Source: Acidobacteriota bacterium
GTDB taxonomy: Bacteria; Acidobacteriota; JBCCFW01
Direction: 5' to 3'
DNA: 64,000 bases
NCBI GenBank assembly: GCA_039029535.1
Contig: JBCCFW010000004.1
Location: forward strand, 41,512-105,511
The position numbers were made by a program, and so were the translations under genes. Position 1 is the stretch's first letter. The number at the start of each line of letters is the position of its first letter. A model generated the notes under the pieces. That model was given only the letters and a program-made list of their open reading frames with translations, did not search any database and had not been told where the DNA came from. Positions 43,771 to 54,183 of this stretch are shown here, in pieces.

Positions 43771-45369
43771 CGAGTCGGAGTCGTCTCCCTCGTCCTGCTC
43801 GTCGGCGAGCCGGTGCACGGCCAGGGGCCAAGCGTCGACGAGGTCACCCGCGCAGGTCGACAGCACGCCGCGACGCTCCTCGGCCACCTCGCCGGCCAGC
43901 CCATGGCTGACCACCCCCAGGGCCGCGGCCGCGCGGGGCGTGAGGTCCTGGGCGAGCAGGCCGCCGATCAGGCCGGCGAGGACGTCACCGGAGCCGGCGG
44001 TCGCCAACGCCGGACCGCCGTCGAGGGAGACGAGGGCCGGCTCATCGGGCTCGACGACGAGGGTGCGGTAGCCCTTGGCGACGATCGTTGCCTCGAGCTC
44101 GGTGGCCAGCTTGCGGGTCGGTGCGAGTCGTTCGTCCGCTCGATGACCTCGTGGCAGCGGCTCGTGACCGAAGCCGGTCAGGAGTCGACCCAGCTCGCCG
44201 GGGTGGGGCGTGAGGACGAGCGGGCAGCCCTCGCCGTCAGGCGAGGGAACCTCACCGAGGCTCGCGAGCAGGTTGAGCGCGTCGGCGTCGAGGACGGTGG
44301 GGACCTCGGTCTTCGCGAGCAGCGTCGCGAGCAGCTCGGCTGCGGCTTCGCCCGTGCCCCAGCCGGGGCCGATCACGAGCACGCTCGCCCGTTCGAGGAT
44401 CGCCTCGACGTCGGCGCCGTCGGCGAGCTGGCCGTCGTCGGTGGACGGCAATGGCAGGGCCATGAGCTCGGGGTGGGCGGCCAGGGCGGGGACCGCGACG
44501 TCGGGTAGCGCGATCGTGCAGAGCCCGGCTCCGGCGGTCATGGCGGCCCGACCGGCGAGCACGGTGGCGCCGGCGCTGCCGAGGCGTCCGCCCACGATGA
44601 CGACGTGTCCGTTCTCGCCCTTGTGGGTGTCGGCCGGTCGGTCCTCCAGCTCGTCGAGGATCTCGGCCAGCTCGTCGTGCTCGATGGTCTCGAGTCGGGC
44701 CTCGGCGCGGTCGAGGCTCATCTCCGGGATGCCGATGTCGGCGACGACGAGGTCGCCACAGAGCTCGCCGGCGGGCGCGAACACGTGACAGTACTTCGCG
44801 GCCGCGAAGGTCACCGTGGCCGAGGCGGCGATCACCGGACCCGGCAGGCCGCCGTGGTCACCGCAGAGACCCGACGGCACGTCGACGGCCAGCACCGGGA
44901 GGTTCGAGGCGTTGAGGTCGGTGGCGACTCGGGCGAGCAGGCCCTCGAGGCGACCGTCGAAGCCAGTGCCGAGCAGGGCGTCGATGGCGAGGTCGTAGCC
45001 CTCGAGCGAGTAAGCCAGCTCGGACCAGCGTTCCTCGTCGCAGGGCTCGAGCGGGAGGCCGAGTCGCTCCAGGATGGCCGCCTGGGCGTTGGCATCCTCC
45101 GACAGGCGGCCGCTGCGCGAGAGCAGCAGGGGAGTGACGTCGGCGCCGCGGTCACTGGCACGTCGGGCGATGACCATGCCGTCGCCGCCGTTGTTGCCCG
45201 ACCCGCAGAGGACGAGGAGCCGTCGCCCTTCCAAGCCGCCGAGGCGTTCGTGGGCTTCTTCCACCACGGAGAGACCGGCCGACTCCATGAGGACGGCTGA
45301 CGGGAGGCCCAGCTCCTCGATGGCGTGGGCGTCGGCGGAGCGCATCTGCCAGGCGTCGAGGACTCTCAT
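43768..45369 (-). CDS. nnr: bifunctional NAD(P)H-hydrate repair enzyme (NAD(P)HX epimerase / ADP-dependent dehydratase)
   Basis: YjeF_N motif LVLCGSGNNGGDG and C-terminal carbohydrate-kinase-like domain (GTGFDG...GSGDVLAG). Confidence 0.85.
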   Translation of the reverse strand: MRVLDAWQMRSADAHAIEELGLPSAVLMESAGLSVVEEAHERLGGLEGRRLLVLCGSGNNGGDGMVIARRASDRGADVTPLLLSRSGRLSEDANAQAAILERLGLPLEPCDEERWSELAYSLEGYDLAIDALLGTGFDGRLEGLLARVATDLNASNLPVLAVDVPSGLCGDHGGLPGPVIAASATVTFAAAKYCHVFAPAGELCGDLVVADIGIPEMSLDRAEARLETIEHDELAEILDELEDRPADTHKGENGHVVIVGGRLGSAGATVLAGRAAMTAGAGLCTIALPDVAVPALAAHPELMALPLPSTDDGQLADGADVEAILERASVLVIGPGWGTGEAAAELLATLLAKTEVPTVLDADALNLLASLGEVPSPDGEGCPLVLTPHPGELGRLLTGFGHEPLPRGHRADERLAPTRKLATELEATIVAKGYRTLVVEPDEPALVSLDGGPALATAGSGDVLAGLIGGLLAQDLTPRAAAALGVVSHGLAGEVAEERRGVLSTCAGDLVDAWPLAVHRLADEQDEGDDSDS

Positions 45370-45381
45370 CTGTTTCCCTCG

Positions 45382-47787
45382 TCAGGGCATGGGTTCGAGG
45401 CGGGCGTGCTCGCAGACGAGCTTCACGCGGCCGCGACCGGCGAAGTACACGTTGATCTTGGCAGTCTTGCCCCCGCCTTCGAAACCCAGAACCGTGCCGA
45501 CGCCGAAGCGTCCGTGACGGACGAGGTCGCCCTTCTTGAGCTTCCGAGGATCGACGGGACCGGCCGCAGCTGGTGCCGGAGCAGCGGGTGCAGCGACGGG
45601 CTCCGGAGCGGTCATCTCCGGCTCGTCGTCGACCTGGCGGGCGGGGACCTCGTCCTCCTCCGCCGGAGCCGACTCGGTCTCGAACTCGTCGTCGGGGGAT
45701 TCCTGGGAGTAATCCTCGGTGGGGACCTGCTCGTCGCCGAAGAAGCTCGCCAGCGCCTGCTGCTGCGAGCTGCCCAGGCGACGCTTGCGTCGCGGCGTCG
45801 AGCCACGACCACCGCCGCCGATCGCCTCGTGCTTCAGGAGCTCGGGCGGGAGCTCGTCGAGGAAGCGCGACGGGTCCTGGAGCTTGAGCTCACCGAAGAC
45901 CCGACGCATCCGGGCGTGGGTGATCCAGAGTCGCTTCTTGGCGCGAGTCACGCCGACGTAGCAGAGACGCCGCTCTTCTTCGAGCGCGGCGAGCTCGTCG
46001 AGGCTGCCGCCGTGGGGGAGCAGGCCCTCCTCGAGACCGGTGAGGAAGACGCAGTCGAACTCGAGACCCTTGGCGGCGTGCAAGGTCATGAGCTGGGCCT
46101 TCTCGCCGCCGAGCTCGTCGGTCTCGCTCGACAGGGCGACGTCGGCGAGGAAGCCGGCGAGCCCGCCCTCGTCTTCCGAGTCGGGATCCTGCATGGCGAT
46201 CTCGGCGCGCCGCTCGTGATCGGTGGCGGCGGCGACGAGCTCCTGCAGGTGGGAGGCCCGCTCCTTGGCGATGGCCTCACCTTCCTTCTCCAGGTAGGCA
46301 ATGTAGTTGGACTCGTCGATCACCAGCTCGATGAGCTCGGCGACCCGCAGCTCGGGTGCCTGCTTGCGGAGGCTCTCGACCAGGTCGATGAAGCGATCGA
46401 GCGCCCGCTCGACACGCGGCGGGTAGGCGGAGTCCTGGACGCCCCGCTGGATGGCGTCGTAGAGGGAGCAGCGGCGCTCTCGGGCCAACGTGAAGATGGC
46501 CTCCCGCGCGCCGCGGCCGATGCCGCGGGGGGGGACGTTGAGCACGCGATCGACCGCGAGGTCGTCGTTGGGGTTGAGCGAGAGTCGGAGGTAGGACAGC
46601 AGGTCCTTGATCTCGCGTCGCTCGTAGAAGCGCATCCCGCCCACGACCACGTGGGGGATGCCGCGCCGGGTGAAGGCCTCCTCGAACTGTCGCGACTGGA
46701 CGTTCGTGCGGTAGGTGACCGCGACCTCGCCCAGGCCGTGCTCCTGACTCCAGCGCTGCGCCAGGTCTGCGACCCACTCGGCTTCGTCGACGCCGCTCTC
46801 GGCCACCGCGAGGGTGATGGGCTCGCCCTCCTCGGCGTCGGTCCACAGCCGCTTGCCCTTGCGCTCGCGGTTGCACGCGACGAGAGCGTTGGCGGCTTCG
46901 AGGATGTTCCCGGAGCTGCGGTAGTTGCGCTCGACGCGATAGACGGTCGTGCCGGCGAAGTCCTTCTCGAAGGAGAGGATGTTCTGGATGTCCGCCCCGC
47001 GGAAGCGGTAGATGCTCTGGTCCTCGTCACCGACGGCGCAGGGGGTGGTGTTCTCACCGCAGAGCAACTTGATGAGGCGGTACTGGATCGGGTTGGTGTC
47101 CTGGTACTCGTCGATGAGCAGGTGCGACAACCGCTCGCGGTACTTGTCCCGAATGTCCTCGCGGACCTCGAACAGCCGCACGCAGCGCATGAGCAGGTCG
47201 TCGAAGTCGCAGGCGTTCGACTGGACGAGACGCTCTTGATAGAGCGGGTAGACCTTCGCTGCGGCCTCGTCGAGCTCGTCGCCACCATCGACCTTGCGCG
47301 CGAAGGCCTTGGGGTCGAGACAGTCGGCCTTGGCCCGGGAGATGCGGGAGAGCACCCGGCGCGGAAGCCAGGTGCGATCGTCGACGCCGAGCTCGCGCTG
47401 GCAGGCCTTCACCAGGGCGCGGGCGTCGTCTTGATCGAGGACGACGAAGCCGGGGGTCAGCTCGATCTCGTCGACCTCCGCCCGCAGCAGTCGGAGACAG
47501 CAGCCGTGGAAGGTGCCCATCCACGGAGCGGGGAGGTCGTAGCCGGCTCGGTCGAGCAGGGCGAGGACTCGCTCGCGCATCTCCCGCGCCGCCTTGTTCG
47601 TGAAGGTGAGGGCGAGGATGGAGCCCGGGTGCGCGCCGGAGGCCAGGAGGTGGGCGATCCGGTAGGTGATGACCCGGGTCTTGCCCGAGCCGGCACCGGC
47701 CAGGATCAGCATGGGACCGCCCTCGTGGGCGGCGGCGGCACGCTGCTCGGGATTGAGCTCGTCGAGCCAGGTCATGAGGGCCATCAA
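45382..47787 (-). CDS. ATP-dependent DNA helicase, UvrD/PcrA family
   Basis: Walker A AGAGSGKT, DEYQDT, GDEDQSIY, VGVTRAK and C-terminal Tudor-like GRFGVGTV. Confidence 0.9.
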   Translation of the reverse strand: MMALMTWLDELNPEQRAAAAHEGGPMLILAGAGSGKTRVITYRIAHLLASGAHPGSILALTFTNKAAREMRERVLALLDRAGYDLPAPWMGTFHGCCLRLLRAEVDEIELTPGFVVLDQDDARALVKACQRELGVDDRTWLPRRVLSRISRAKADCLDPKAFARKVDGGDELDEAAAKVYPLYQERLVQSNACDFDDLLMRCVRLFEVREDIRDKYRERLSHLLIDEYQDTNPIQYRLIKLLCGENTTPCAVGDEDQSIYRFRGADIQNILSFEKDFAGTTVYRVERNYRSSGNILEAANALVACNRERKGKRLWTDAEEGEPITLAVAESGVDEAEWVADLAQRWSQEHGLGEVAVTYRTNVQSRQFEEAFTRRGIPHVVVGGMRFYERREIKDLLSYLRLSLNPNDDLAVDRVLNVPPRGIGRGAREAIFTLARERRCSLYDAIQRGVQDSAYPPRVERALDRFIDLVESLRKQAPELRVAELIELVIDESNYIAYLEKEGEAIAKERASHLQELVAAATDHERRAEIAMQDPDSEDEGGLAGFLADVALSSETDELGGEKAQLMTLHAAKGLEFDCVFLTGLEEGLLPHGGSLDELAALEEERRLCYVGVTRAKKRLWITHARMRRVFGELKLQDPSRFLDELPPELLKHEAIGGGGRGSTPRRKRRLGSSQQQALASFFGDEQVPTEDYSQESPDDEFETESAPAEEDEVPARQVDDEPEMTAPEPVAAPAAPAPAAAGPVDPRKLKKGDLVRHGRFGVGTVLGFEGGGKTAKINVYFAGRGRVKLVCEHARLEPMP

Positions 47788-47955
47788 GAGGATGGAGGGG
47801 GAAGAAGCGCGGCATCATGTCATGAGGCCGGGAGTCGACGGATCGCGGTGGTCCGCGAGTCTCGCGGGCGAGCCGGAGCGGTCCTCCGAAGTCGTGCATC
47901 GGGCCAGGCTCGCGGTACTCTTGTCGTGCTTCCGTCAACCCGGGAGACCGCTGCC

Positions 47956-48945
47956 ATGACGTGCTCGAGCCCCCGCTGCTGCTTCCTGCAAACCCTTCAC
48001 CTGCCGTCGCTTCTCGCCGTCACCGCCCTCGTGGCGGTCCCCGCCGCTGCGAGCGGTGCGGCCGGGCTGCGCGCCGAGCTGGCGTCCGCGCTCCGGACCA
48101 ACGAGCAGCTCACCCAGGACCTGCTCCGTCAGCGTGAGCACGCACGACGTCTCAGCAGCGAGCTGGCTGCCGCCCGACGCGAGGTCGAGCAGCTCCGCAA
48201 CGCGGGTGCTCGTCGCTCGGCGCAGGAGCGTCGGTTCCGGAGTGACCAGCGTTGGCAGGTCGACCAGGCGGTGAGTGAGGCCCTGCGTCAGCGCGACGCG
48301 GAGCACGACGCCGCGCTCGCCGCGCTCCAGTTGAAGCAGCGACGCGAGCTGGACGCCGCTCGCATCGAGGAGCGGCAGCGTCGCTCCGAGCTGGCCGACG
48401 AGCAGCAGACGGTGCAGCAGCAGTTCGTCGTCAACTGCGCTGAGCTCCACGAGCGGGCGCTGGCCGATCAGGAGACCTTCCTGCGGGCGGAGTTCGATCG
48501 CGAGAAGGCCGAGCTCCTCAAGCAGCACGAGAAGAAGCTGCGCGCGGTGGGCAAGGAGTCCGGCTGGGAGCAGGAGTTCGACCGCGAGCTCCGGGCGCAG
48601 GTCCGCGAGCAGCTCGAGCTCCAGCTCGGTGAGCAGCGCGAGCGCAACAAGGCCAAGATTCGTGGCCGCGATGCCGACATGGACCGACGCATTCGACGTC
48701 TCGAAGACGACGCCGAACGCGACTGCGACAGTCGGCTGGCCATTCAGAAGGAAGAGGACGCGCAGGCGCACCGACGTCAGCTCGAGCAGGAGCGGCAGAA
48801 GGCGGAGCAGCTCGTCGTGAGCGCGCGCACCGAAGAGCGGCAGACTTGCCTGCGTGGTCTCGAGACGGCGCTGCGACGGTGCTCGGAGGGCGCGAGCGTC
48901 GACGAGGTTCGATCGGAGCTGCGCTCGGGCAGCATTGGGCAGTGA
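47956..48945 (+). CDS. secreted coiled-coil protein (hypothetical)
   Basis: Internal ATG at 47956 gives signal peptide MTCSSPRCCFLQTLHLPSLLAVTALVAVPAAASGA. The rest is heptad-rich E/R/Q/L coiled coil. The upstream 2.6 kb of ORF-track entry 45325..48945 is antisense to the helicase. Confidence 0.55.
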   Translation: MTCSSPRCCFLQTLHLPSLLAVTALVAVPAAASGAAGLRAELASALRTNEQLTQDLLRQREHARRLSSELAAARREVEQLRNAGARRSAQERRFRSDQRWQVDQAVSEALRQRDAEHDAALAALQLKQRRELDAARIEERQRRSELADEQQTVQQQFVVNCAELHERALADQETFLRAEFDREKAELLKQHEKKLRAVGKESGWEQEFDRELRAQVREQLELQLGEQRERNKAKIRGRDADMDRRIRRLEDDAERDCDSRLAIQKEEDAQAHRRQLEQERQKAEQLVVSARTEERQTCLRGLETALRRCSEGASVDEVRSELRSGSIGQ

Positions 48946-50012
48946 GCGACCCGCTCTGGACGGCGCTCAAGCCGCTGGTCTTCTCCCTCGACGCCGAGCT
49001 GGCTCACGAGCTGGGGCTCGGCTTCCTGGCCGCGGTCTCACGCTCTCGCTCGGCCCGGGGTTGGCTGGAGGGCTCGTGTCGCTTCGGTCGTGAGGACGAT
49101 GCGGCGTCCCCCGTCGAGGTCTTCGGTCTTCGCTTCCCCAACCGCTTCGGTCTCGCCGCGGGCTGTGACAAGGACGGTCGCGCGGTGCCGGCGCTGTTCG
49201 CCCTGGGCTTCGGCTTCGTGGAGGTCGGGACGGTCACTCCTCGTCCGCAATCCGGCAATCCCCGACCACGGATGTTCCGCGCGCCGGGGCCGGGGGCCCT
49301 GGTCAATCGCCTGGGCTTCAACAGCCGCGGGGCCGAGGTCGTGGCGGCAGCGCTGTCGGCGCTCGACGACGACGTCCGCTCGCAGGGCGTGCTCGGCATC
49401 AACCTCGGCAAGAACAAGCTGACCTCGGCCGAGGATGCGGCCGCCGACTACGCCGTCGCGCTGCGCGCCTTGCACGGCCTGGGCGACTACTTCGTCGTCA
49501 ACGTGTCGAGCCCCAACACGCCGGGCCTGCGCGACCTGCAGTCGGAGCAGGCGCTCGAGCCGCTCTTGCGCGAGGTCGTGCGGGTCGAGGCCGAGCTGGC
49601 CGAGGCGAGCGGCACGCCATCGAAGCCGGTGCTCCTCAAGCTCGCGCCCGACCTGAGCGACGAGGGCCTGGAGGCGGCGCTGGCGGTAGCGGAGTCGGTA
49701 GGCATCACCGGGCTCATCGCGACCAACACGACGCTCGCACGCCCCGAGTGCCTGCCGCCCGAGATCGCGGCGGAAGCGGGGGGACTCTCCGGAGCGCCCT
49801 TGCTCGAGAGAGCGCTGGAGGTCGTCGCTCGCATCCATGCACGCGTCGGCGACAGCTTGCCTGTCATCGGCGTCGGTGGCGTGAGCGCGCCGGACGACGC
49901 ACGTCGCATGCTCGACGCGGGTGCGAGCCTCGTGCAGGCCTATACCGGCTTCGTGTACGGCGGTCCGCGGTGGGTGGGGGACGTGGTGGGAGCGCTGGGC
50001 GAAGGCCGTTAG
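48942..50012 (+). CDS. pyrD: dihydroorotate dehydrogenase (quinone), class 2
   Basis: N-terminus (M)SDPLWTALKPLVFSLDAELAHELGL typical of PyrD type 2, and LGINLGKNK. Start assigned to GTG 48942 (the ATG at 48846 would overlap the previous gene by 100 nt). Confidence 0.8.
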   Translation: MSDPLWTALKPLVFSLDAELAHELGLGFLAAVSRSRSARGWLEGSCRFGREDDAASPVEVFGLRFPNRFGLAAGCDKDGRAVPALFALGFGFVEVGTVTPRPQSGNPRPRMFRAPGPGALVNRLGFNSRGAEVVAAALSALDDDVRSQGVLGINLGKNKLTSAEDAAADYAVALRALHGLGDYFVVNVSSPNTPGLRDLQSEQALEPLLREVVRVEAELAEASGTPSKPVLLKLAPDLSDEGLEAALAVAESVGITGLIATNTTLARPECLPPEIAAEAGGLSGAPLLERALEVVARIHARVGDSLPVIGVGGVSAPDDARRMLDAGASLVQAYTGFVYGGPRWVGDVVGALGEGR

Positions 50013-50024
50013 GCCGTCCTGCGA

Positions 50025-50705
50025 TCAGCTCACCGGTGCTTCCACCTGCGTCAGGAACTCCTCCATGGCGGGCACGTGCCAGGAGGGGAGGTCCATGAAC
50101 TGGAGCCCGTGAGACCAGGTGCCCGAGGCGCTCTCGCTGCGGACGATCTTGCCGAGCGCGATGATGTCTTCGTTGGAGCCGGGCAGCGCCAGCTTGAGCC
50201 GAAGGATCTCGTTCTCGGTGAGCCGCCGCGTCGACTCGAAGCGCACGCCACCCATCGACATGTCGACGATGCGGACGGGGAAGTCGGTGTCACCGACCGT
50301 GCCGGTGGCGTCGAGCTCGATGAGCGAGCGTTCGTGCTGACGGAGGCCGACGCCGAGGTGCTGGCAGATCTTGGCGGTGAGCTCGGTCGTGCAGGTGGGG
50401 CGGCGGACGATGTCGGCGGCCCCGGCCGAGAGCAGCTCGGCGGCGCGCTCGTCGGCGTCGCGGTCGACCACGACGAGGACGGCTCCCGTGCCGCCCTGCT
50501 CGACGAGCTTCTCCATGAACTCCTCGGCGGTGGAGCCGGGGAGGTCCGAGTCGACGAGGAAGGCGTCCACGCGGTCGGCCGCGTCGACGTCGAGGGCCTC
50601 GCGATACGAGGACGCCACGCCCAGGACGCACTCCCGCCGTCGGAACAGCGAGCCGGACAGCCCTTCGATGGGTCGGTGGCCTTCCACCACGAGGATCTTC
50701 TTCAT
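50025..50705 (-). CDS. response regulator receiver protein with C-terminal PilZ domain
   Basis: REC domain (MKKILVVEGH...DAFLVDSDLPG...) and PilZ-like RxxxR...DxSxGG context (FPVRIVDMSMGGVRFES). Confidence 0.65.
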   Translation of the reverse strand: MKKILVVEGHRPIEGLSGSLFRRRECVLGVASSYREALDVDAADRVDAFLVDSDLPGSTAEEFMEKLVEQGGTGAVLVVVDRDADERAAELLSAGAADIVRRPTCTTELTAKICQHLGVGLRQHERSLIELDATGTVGDTDFPVRIVDMSMGGVRFESTRRLTENEILRLKLALPGSNEDIIALGKIVRSESASGTWSHGLQFMDLPSWHVPAMEEFLTQVEAPVS

Positions 50706-50798
50706 CGGGTCTCCTCAGGAGTCTCCTGAACGGACCATCGGCCCGCTCCCGGGGGGACCTGAGCAGAACTTGCGCCCGAGCTCGACCGGACCTAGATT

Positions 50799-51209
50799 GT
50801 GATCGTGAGCATGCACACCGGTCCTCGCGAGCCGCTTCGGCTGAGTGAGGCCACGGGCGTGCCGTTCTACCGGCAGATCGTCCAGCAGCTCAGCGACCAG
50901 ATCCGCAGCGGTGGGCTCCAGCCCGGCGAGCGCTTGCCGTCGGTGCGGGAGCTGGCGGCCGAGCTGGTCGTGTCGCTCATCACGACACGACGGGCCTACG
51001 CGGAGCTGGAAGCGGAGGGGCTGATCGTCCGCCGGCAGGGGCAGGGCACGTTCGTGAGGGAGGCGGTCGAGCAGGCCAGTCGACGTCAAGCACGTCGAGA
51101 GGTCGAGCGTTCGCTCGGCGAGGCCTTGCAGCGCGGACGTCACCTCGGTTTCGACGACGACCAGCTTCGCGAGCTGGTCGACGAGATCCTGAAAGGAGGG
51201 GAAGCGTGA
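50799..51209 (+). CDS. GntR-family (YtrA-like short) transcriptional regulator
   Basis: winged HTH LPSVRELAAELVVSLITTRRAYAELEAEGLIVRRQGQGTFV. 136 aa. Confidence 0.8.
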   Translation: MIVSMHTGPREPLRLSEATGVPFYRQIVQQLSDQIRSGGLQPGERLPSVRELAAELVVSLITTRRAYAELEAEGLIVRRQGQGTFVREAVEQASRRQARREVERSLGEALQRGRHLGFDDDQLRELVDEILKGGEA

Positions 51210-51919
51210 GCGACGAGGAGGTCATTCGGCTCGAGAACGTGGAGGTGCGTCGTGGGAGCTTCCGGCTTCGCGTTCCGAGCTGGTCGGTGCCCAGCGGCTG
51301 CGTGGTGGGGGTGATCGGAGCGAGCGGCGCGGGGAAGACGACCCTGCTGCGTCTGCTGCCAGGGCTCGATCCCGTCCATGGCGGCTCCGTGCGCGTGTTC
51401 GGGCTGGATCCGCGAAGGGCTCCCGAGGACGTCCGGTCGGCGCTGGGCTACATGACCGACGACCTGCCCGTCTTCTCGATGCAGCTCGACGAGCTCTTCC
51501 GCTTCGTGTCGGGCTACTACCCGTCCTGGGATGCGACGCTCGTCGACGAGCTCCTCCAGCGGTTCCCGCTCGAACTGGACAAGCAGGCGAGTGAGCTCTC
51601 GAAGGGCGAGGCGACGAAGCTGCGGTTGATCCTCGCGATGGCGTTCCGTCCACGCGTGCTCGTGCTGGACGAACCGGCGACCGGGCTCGATCTCATGAGT
51701 CGGCGGAACCTCCTCACGACCGTGCTCGAGGTGGTCAAGGAGCCCGAGCGCACGGTGATCGTGAGCTCTCATGCCATCGTCGATCTCGAACGCATCGCCG
51801 ATCACTTGCTGGTCCTGCGCGAAGGGGAGGTCGTGCAACAGGGCGCGACCGATGAGCTGGTCGGCGAAGGACGGAGTCTCGAGGAGGCCTTCCTCGAGTG
51901 GAGCGGCGAACGCACGTGA
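51206..51919 (+). CDS. ABC transporter ATP-binding protein
   Basis: Walker A GASGAGKTT, signature LSKGEATKL and Walker B LVLDEPATGLD. GTGA overlap with the GntR gene. Confidence 0.85.
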   Translation: MSDEEVIRLENVEVRRGSFRLRVPSWSVPSGCVVGVIGASGAGKTTLLRLLPGLDPVHGGSVRVFGLDPRRAPEDVRSALGYMTDDLPVFSMQLDELFRFVSGYYPSWDATLVDELLQRFPLELDKQASELSKGEATKLRLILAMAFRPRVLVLDEPATGLDLMSRRNLLTTVLEVVKEPERTVIVSSHAIVDLERIADHLLVLREGEVVQQGATDELVGEGRSLEEAFLEWSGERT

Positions 51920-53412
51920 GCTGGCAGCACCTGTGGACCTACCTCTTCGGATGCTTGGCGAGCGAGAAGGAGAGACCTGGCCGCTTGTTCAAGCTCGGCG
52001 ACGGTTGTGGGATGTTCCTCGGCGTCGTCGTCTTCGGTGGGTTCTTCGCCCTTCTCTCACGCATCGCTGTCGGGATTGGCGAGATGGGCCCCATCGGCTT
52101 GGGTTTCATCGTGCTCGTCTTGGCCGCGACTGGCGCCATTGGCGAGTACGAGATGCCGACCCTGCCGTTGGCGCCGCGAACGAGAGCGCTCACCGAGGTC
52201 ACCACTCTCCTGATGCTCCTGGGCGCATGTGCGTTCCCCGCCTGCTTGCTCTGGGAGTTGCTGTCGGCCTCCGGCTTCGGGGAGGCCGAGCCGAGGGCTC
52301 TCCCGGCAGTGGAGCAGTGGGTCTGGCTGTCGCTTGGCATCGACGGACGACTGGCGTGGCTCGTGGCCGTGCTCTGCCTGTTCTGGCCAGTGATGCTGAT
52401 GGGGCGCATCGCCGTCCACGAAGGTCACGGCTTCTCCTTCATGGCGACCCTGCCAGTGGCAGTCCTCGTCGTCGTCCTCGCACGCTTCGTCGGGACGGGA
52501 GGTCCGACAGGCCCGATGTTGATCGGACTGACCGTTGCCGTGCTCGTGTTCGTGACGGCGCCGTTCGAGCTCCTGCCGCGATCGCGCAGAGCGGACCGCA
52601 GTGAGTCGGTTCTTGACGTGCCGCCCTCAGCTGGAGAAGACCGGAGCGAGTTGGTTCCCGACGCGTTGCCCTCTGCGGGAGAGGACCGGAGAGAGTCGAT
52701 TCCTCGACTGCCTTCCCCCTTCCGAGAAGGGCTGCCGGCCGGTGAGGCGTTGCTGCGCGACTCTCGGGCGAGGCTCTTGCCCGAGCTCCTGCCGAGGGCC
52801 GCACTGGGTGCGTGCGTCATCTTCTCCATCGCGCTGCTTGGTTCGCTGTTCGGTGAGTCCTGGGCCCCGCACGCTCAGGTTGTCAGCCTGGCTGTCTACT
52901 TCGCGATGCGGAGCTGGTACCTGGCAGACTCTCGCTTGTGCCAGGAGGCGACTGGCGCGAGCTCCATCATGATGAAAGTCGGACGGGATCGGGAGGCCTG
53001 GTCCGTCTTGCCTGTCGCACCCAGGAGGCTCGCTGCGGCCGTGGTGGAAGAGACCAGGGGGCCCCTGTACGTGCAGGCCGGCCTCGCGTGCCTTGCCGCC
53101 TTGCTCGTGTTCCTCCCGCTACCCGGCAGCCTGGCCGTCCGGGGGACTCTCGGTTGGCTCGGAGTGTTCGCCTGGCTGACCGCATTGCGTCAGTTCTTGG
53201 GACCCGTCCTCTGGGGTATGAGCAGCGCGGCGGAAGAGGGGCCTGGCCGAATGCCGGGTTGCTTCGGCGGCATCTTCTACGGAGTCGCGATCCTCGCGGC
53301 CGTGTACTGGACGCCGTGGTGGGGAGTGATCGCTGTCGTGGTCACCATCGTGACCCATGTCGGAGTGGTGCGGTGGCTGTCCGAGAACCTTCGACACGAG
53401 CTCTGTGGTTGA
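51916..53412 (+). CDS. polytopic membrane protein of unknown function (partner of the ABC ATPase)
   Basis: Many hydrophobic helices. Start assigned to GTG 51916 (GTGA overlap; ORF-track start is 51898). Confidence 0.5.
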   Translation: MSWQHLWTYLFGCLASEKERPGRLFKLGDGCGMFLGVVVFGGFFALLSRIAVGIGEMGPIGLGFIVLVLAATGAIGEYEMPTLPLAPRTRALTEVTTLLMLLGACAFPACLLWELLSASGFGEAEPRALPAVEQWVWLSLGIDGRLAWLVAVLCLFWPVMLMGRIAVHEGHGFSFMATLPVAVLVVVLARFVGTGGPTGPMLIGLTVAVLVFVTAPFELLPRSRRADRSESVLDVPPSAGEDRSELVPDALPSAGEDRRESIPRLPSPFREGLPAGEALLRDSRARLLPELLPRAALGACVIFSIALLGSLFGESWAPHAQVVSLAVYFAMRSWYLADSRLCQEATGASSIMMKVGRDREAWSVLPVAPRRLAAAVVEETRGPLYVQAGLACLAALLVFLPLPGSLAVRGTLGWLGVFAWLTALRQFLGPVLWGMSSAAEEGPGRMPGCFGGIFYGVAILAAVYWTPWWGVIAVVVTIVTHVGVVRWLSENLRHELCG

Positions 53413-53472
53413 TCAAGTCGATGCAGTTTCGAATGGAAGACGACACCTGATGGTCGATGGAGGGAGAGCGTG

Positions 53473-54183
53473 ATGAGTCGCGACGAGTTGATCGTGTTCG
53501 AGGACGTCGAGGTACGGAGGGGCGGCTTTCGCCTCAACGTGCCTCGGTGGTCGGTGCGTGCCGGTGGCGTGATCGGAGTCGTGGGCGCGAACGGAGCCGG
53601 CAAGACCACGTTGCTGCGTCTCTTGCCTGGTCTCGATCCCGTCGATGGCGGCAGCATTCGCGTGTTCGGGCACGACCCCTGGCAAGAGCCGGTCGAGGTT
53701 CGGACGCAGCTCGGGTTCATGACGGACGACATGCCCGTCTTCGCCCTACGGCTGGCCGAGCTCTTGCGCTTCGTTTCCGGCTACTACCCCTCCTGGGATG
53801 CCGGGCTCGTCGACGAGTTGATCAGGCGATTCGAGCTCGACCTGAGCAAGCACGCCGCAGTGCTCTCGAAGGGGGAGGCCACGCGCCTGCGTCTGGTCCT
53901 CGCGATGGCCATCCGGCCGCGGGTGTTGGTGCTCGACGAGCCGGCGACCGGTCTCGACCTCATGGGTCGGAGAACGTTGCTCGAGACCGTGCTCGAGTTC
54001 GTGCAAGACCCGCAGCGCACGGTCATCGTGAGCTCCCACGCCATCGCCGACGTCGAGCGGATCGCCGATCAGCTCCTCGTGTTGAAGGGTGGGGAGGTCT
54101 TGCAAGACGGACCGACGGATGAGCTCGTCGGTGAAGGCCGGAGCCTGGAGGAGGCGTTCCTTCAGTGGAACGAGGCGAGCTGA
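53473..54183 (+). CDS. ABC transporter ATP-binding protein (paralog of 51206-51919)
   Basis: About 65% identical to the first ATPase (GANGAGKTTLLRLLPGLDPVDGGSIRVFGHDP...). ATG preceded by GGAGGGAG. Confidence 0.85.
   Translation: MSRDELIVFEDVEVRRGGFRLNVPRWSVRAGGVIGVVGANGAGKTTLLRLLPGLDPVDGGSIRVFGHDPWQEPVEVRTQLGFMTDDMPVFALRLAELLRFVSGYYPSWDAGLVDELIRRFELDLSKHAAVLSKGEATRLRLVLAMAIRPRVLVLDEPATGLDLMGRRTLLETVLEFVQDPQRTVIVSSHAIADVERIADQLLVLKGGEVLQDGPTDELVGEGRSLEEAFLQWNEAS

Noticed and set aside
45325-48945. 1206-aa plus-strand ORF
   Set aside because: The first ~2.6 kb is antisense to the UvrD/PcrA helicase gene, whose motifs are unambiguous, and has Arg/Gly/Ala-rich low-complexity translation typical of high-GC antisense frames. 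Only the C-terminal part from ATG 47956 (signal peptide + coiled coil) was kept.
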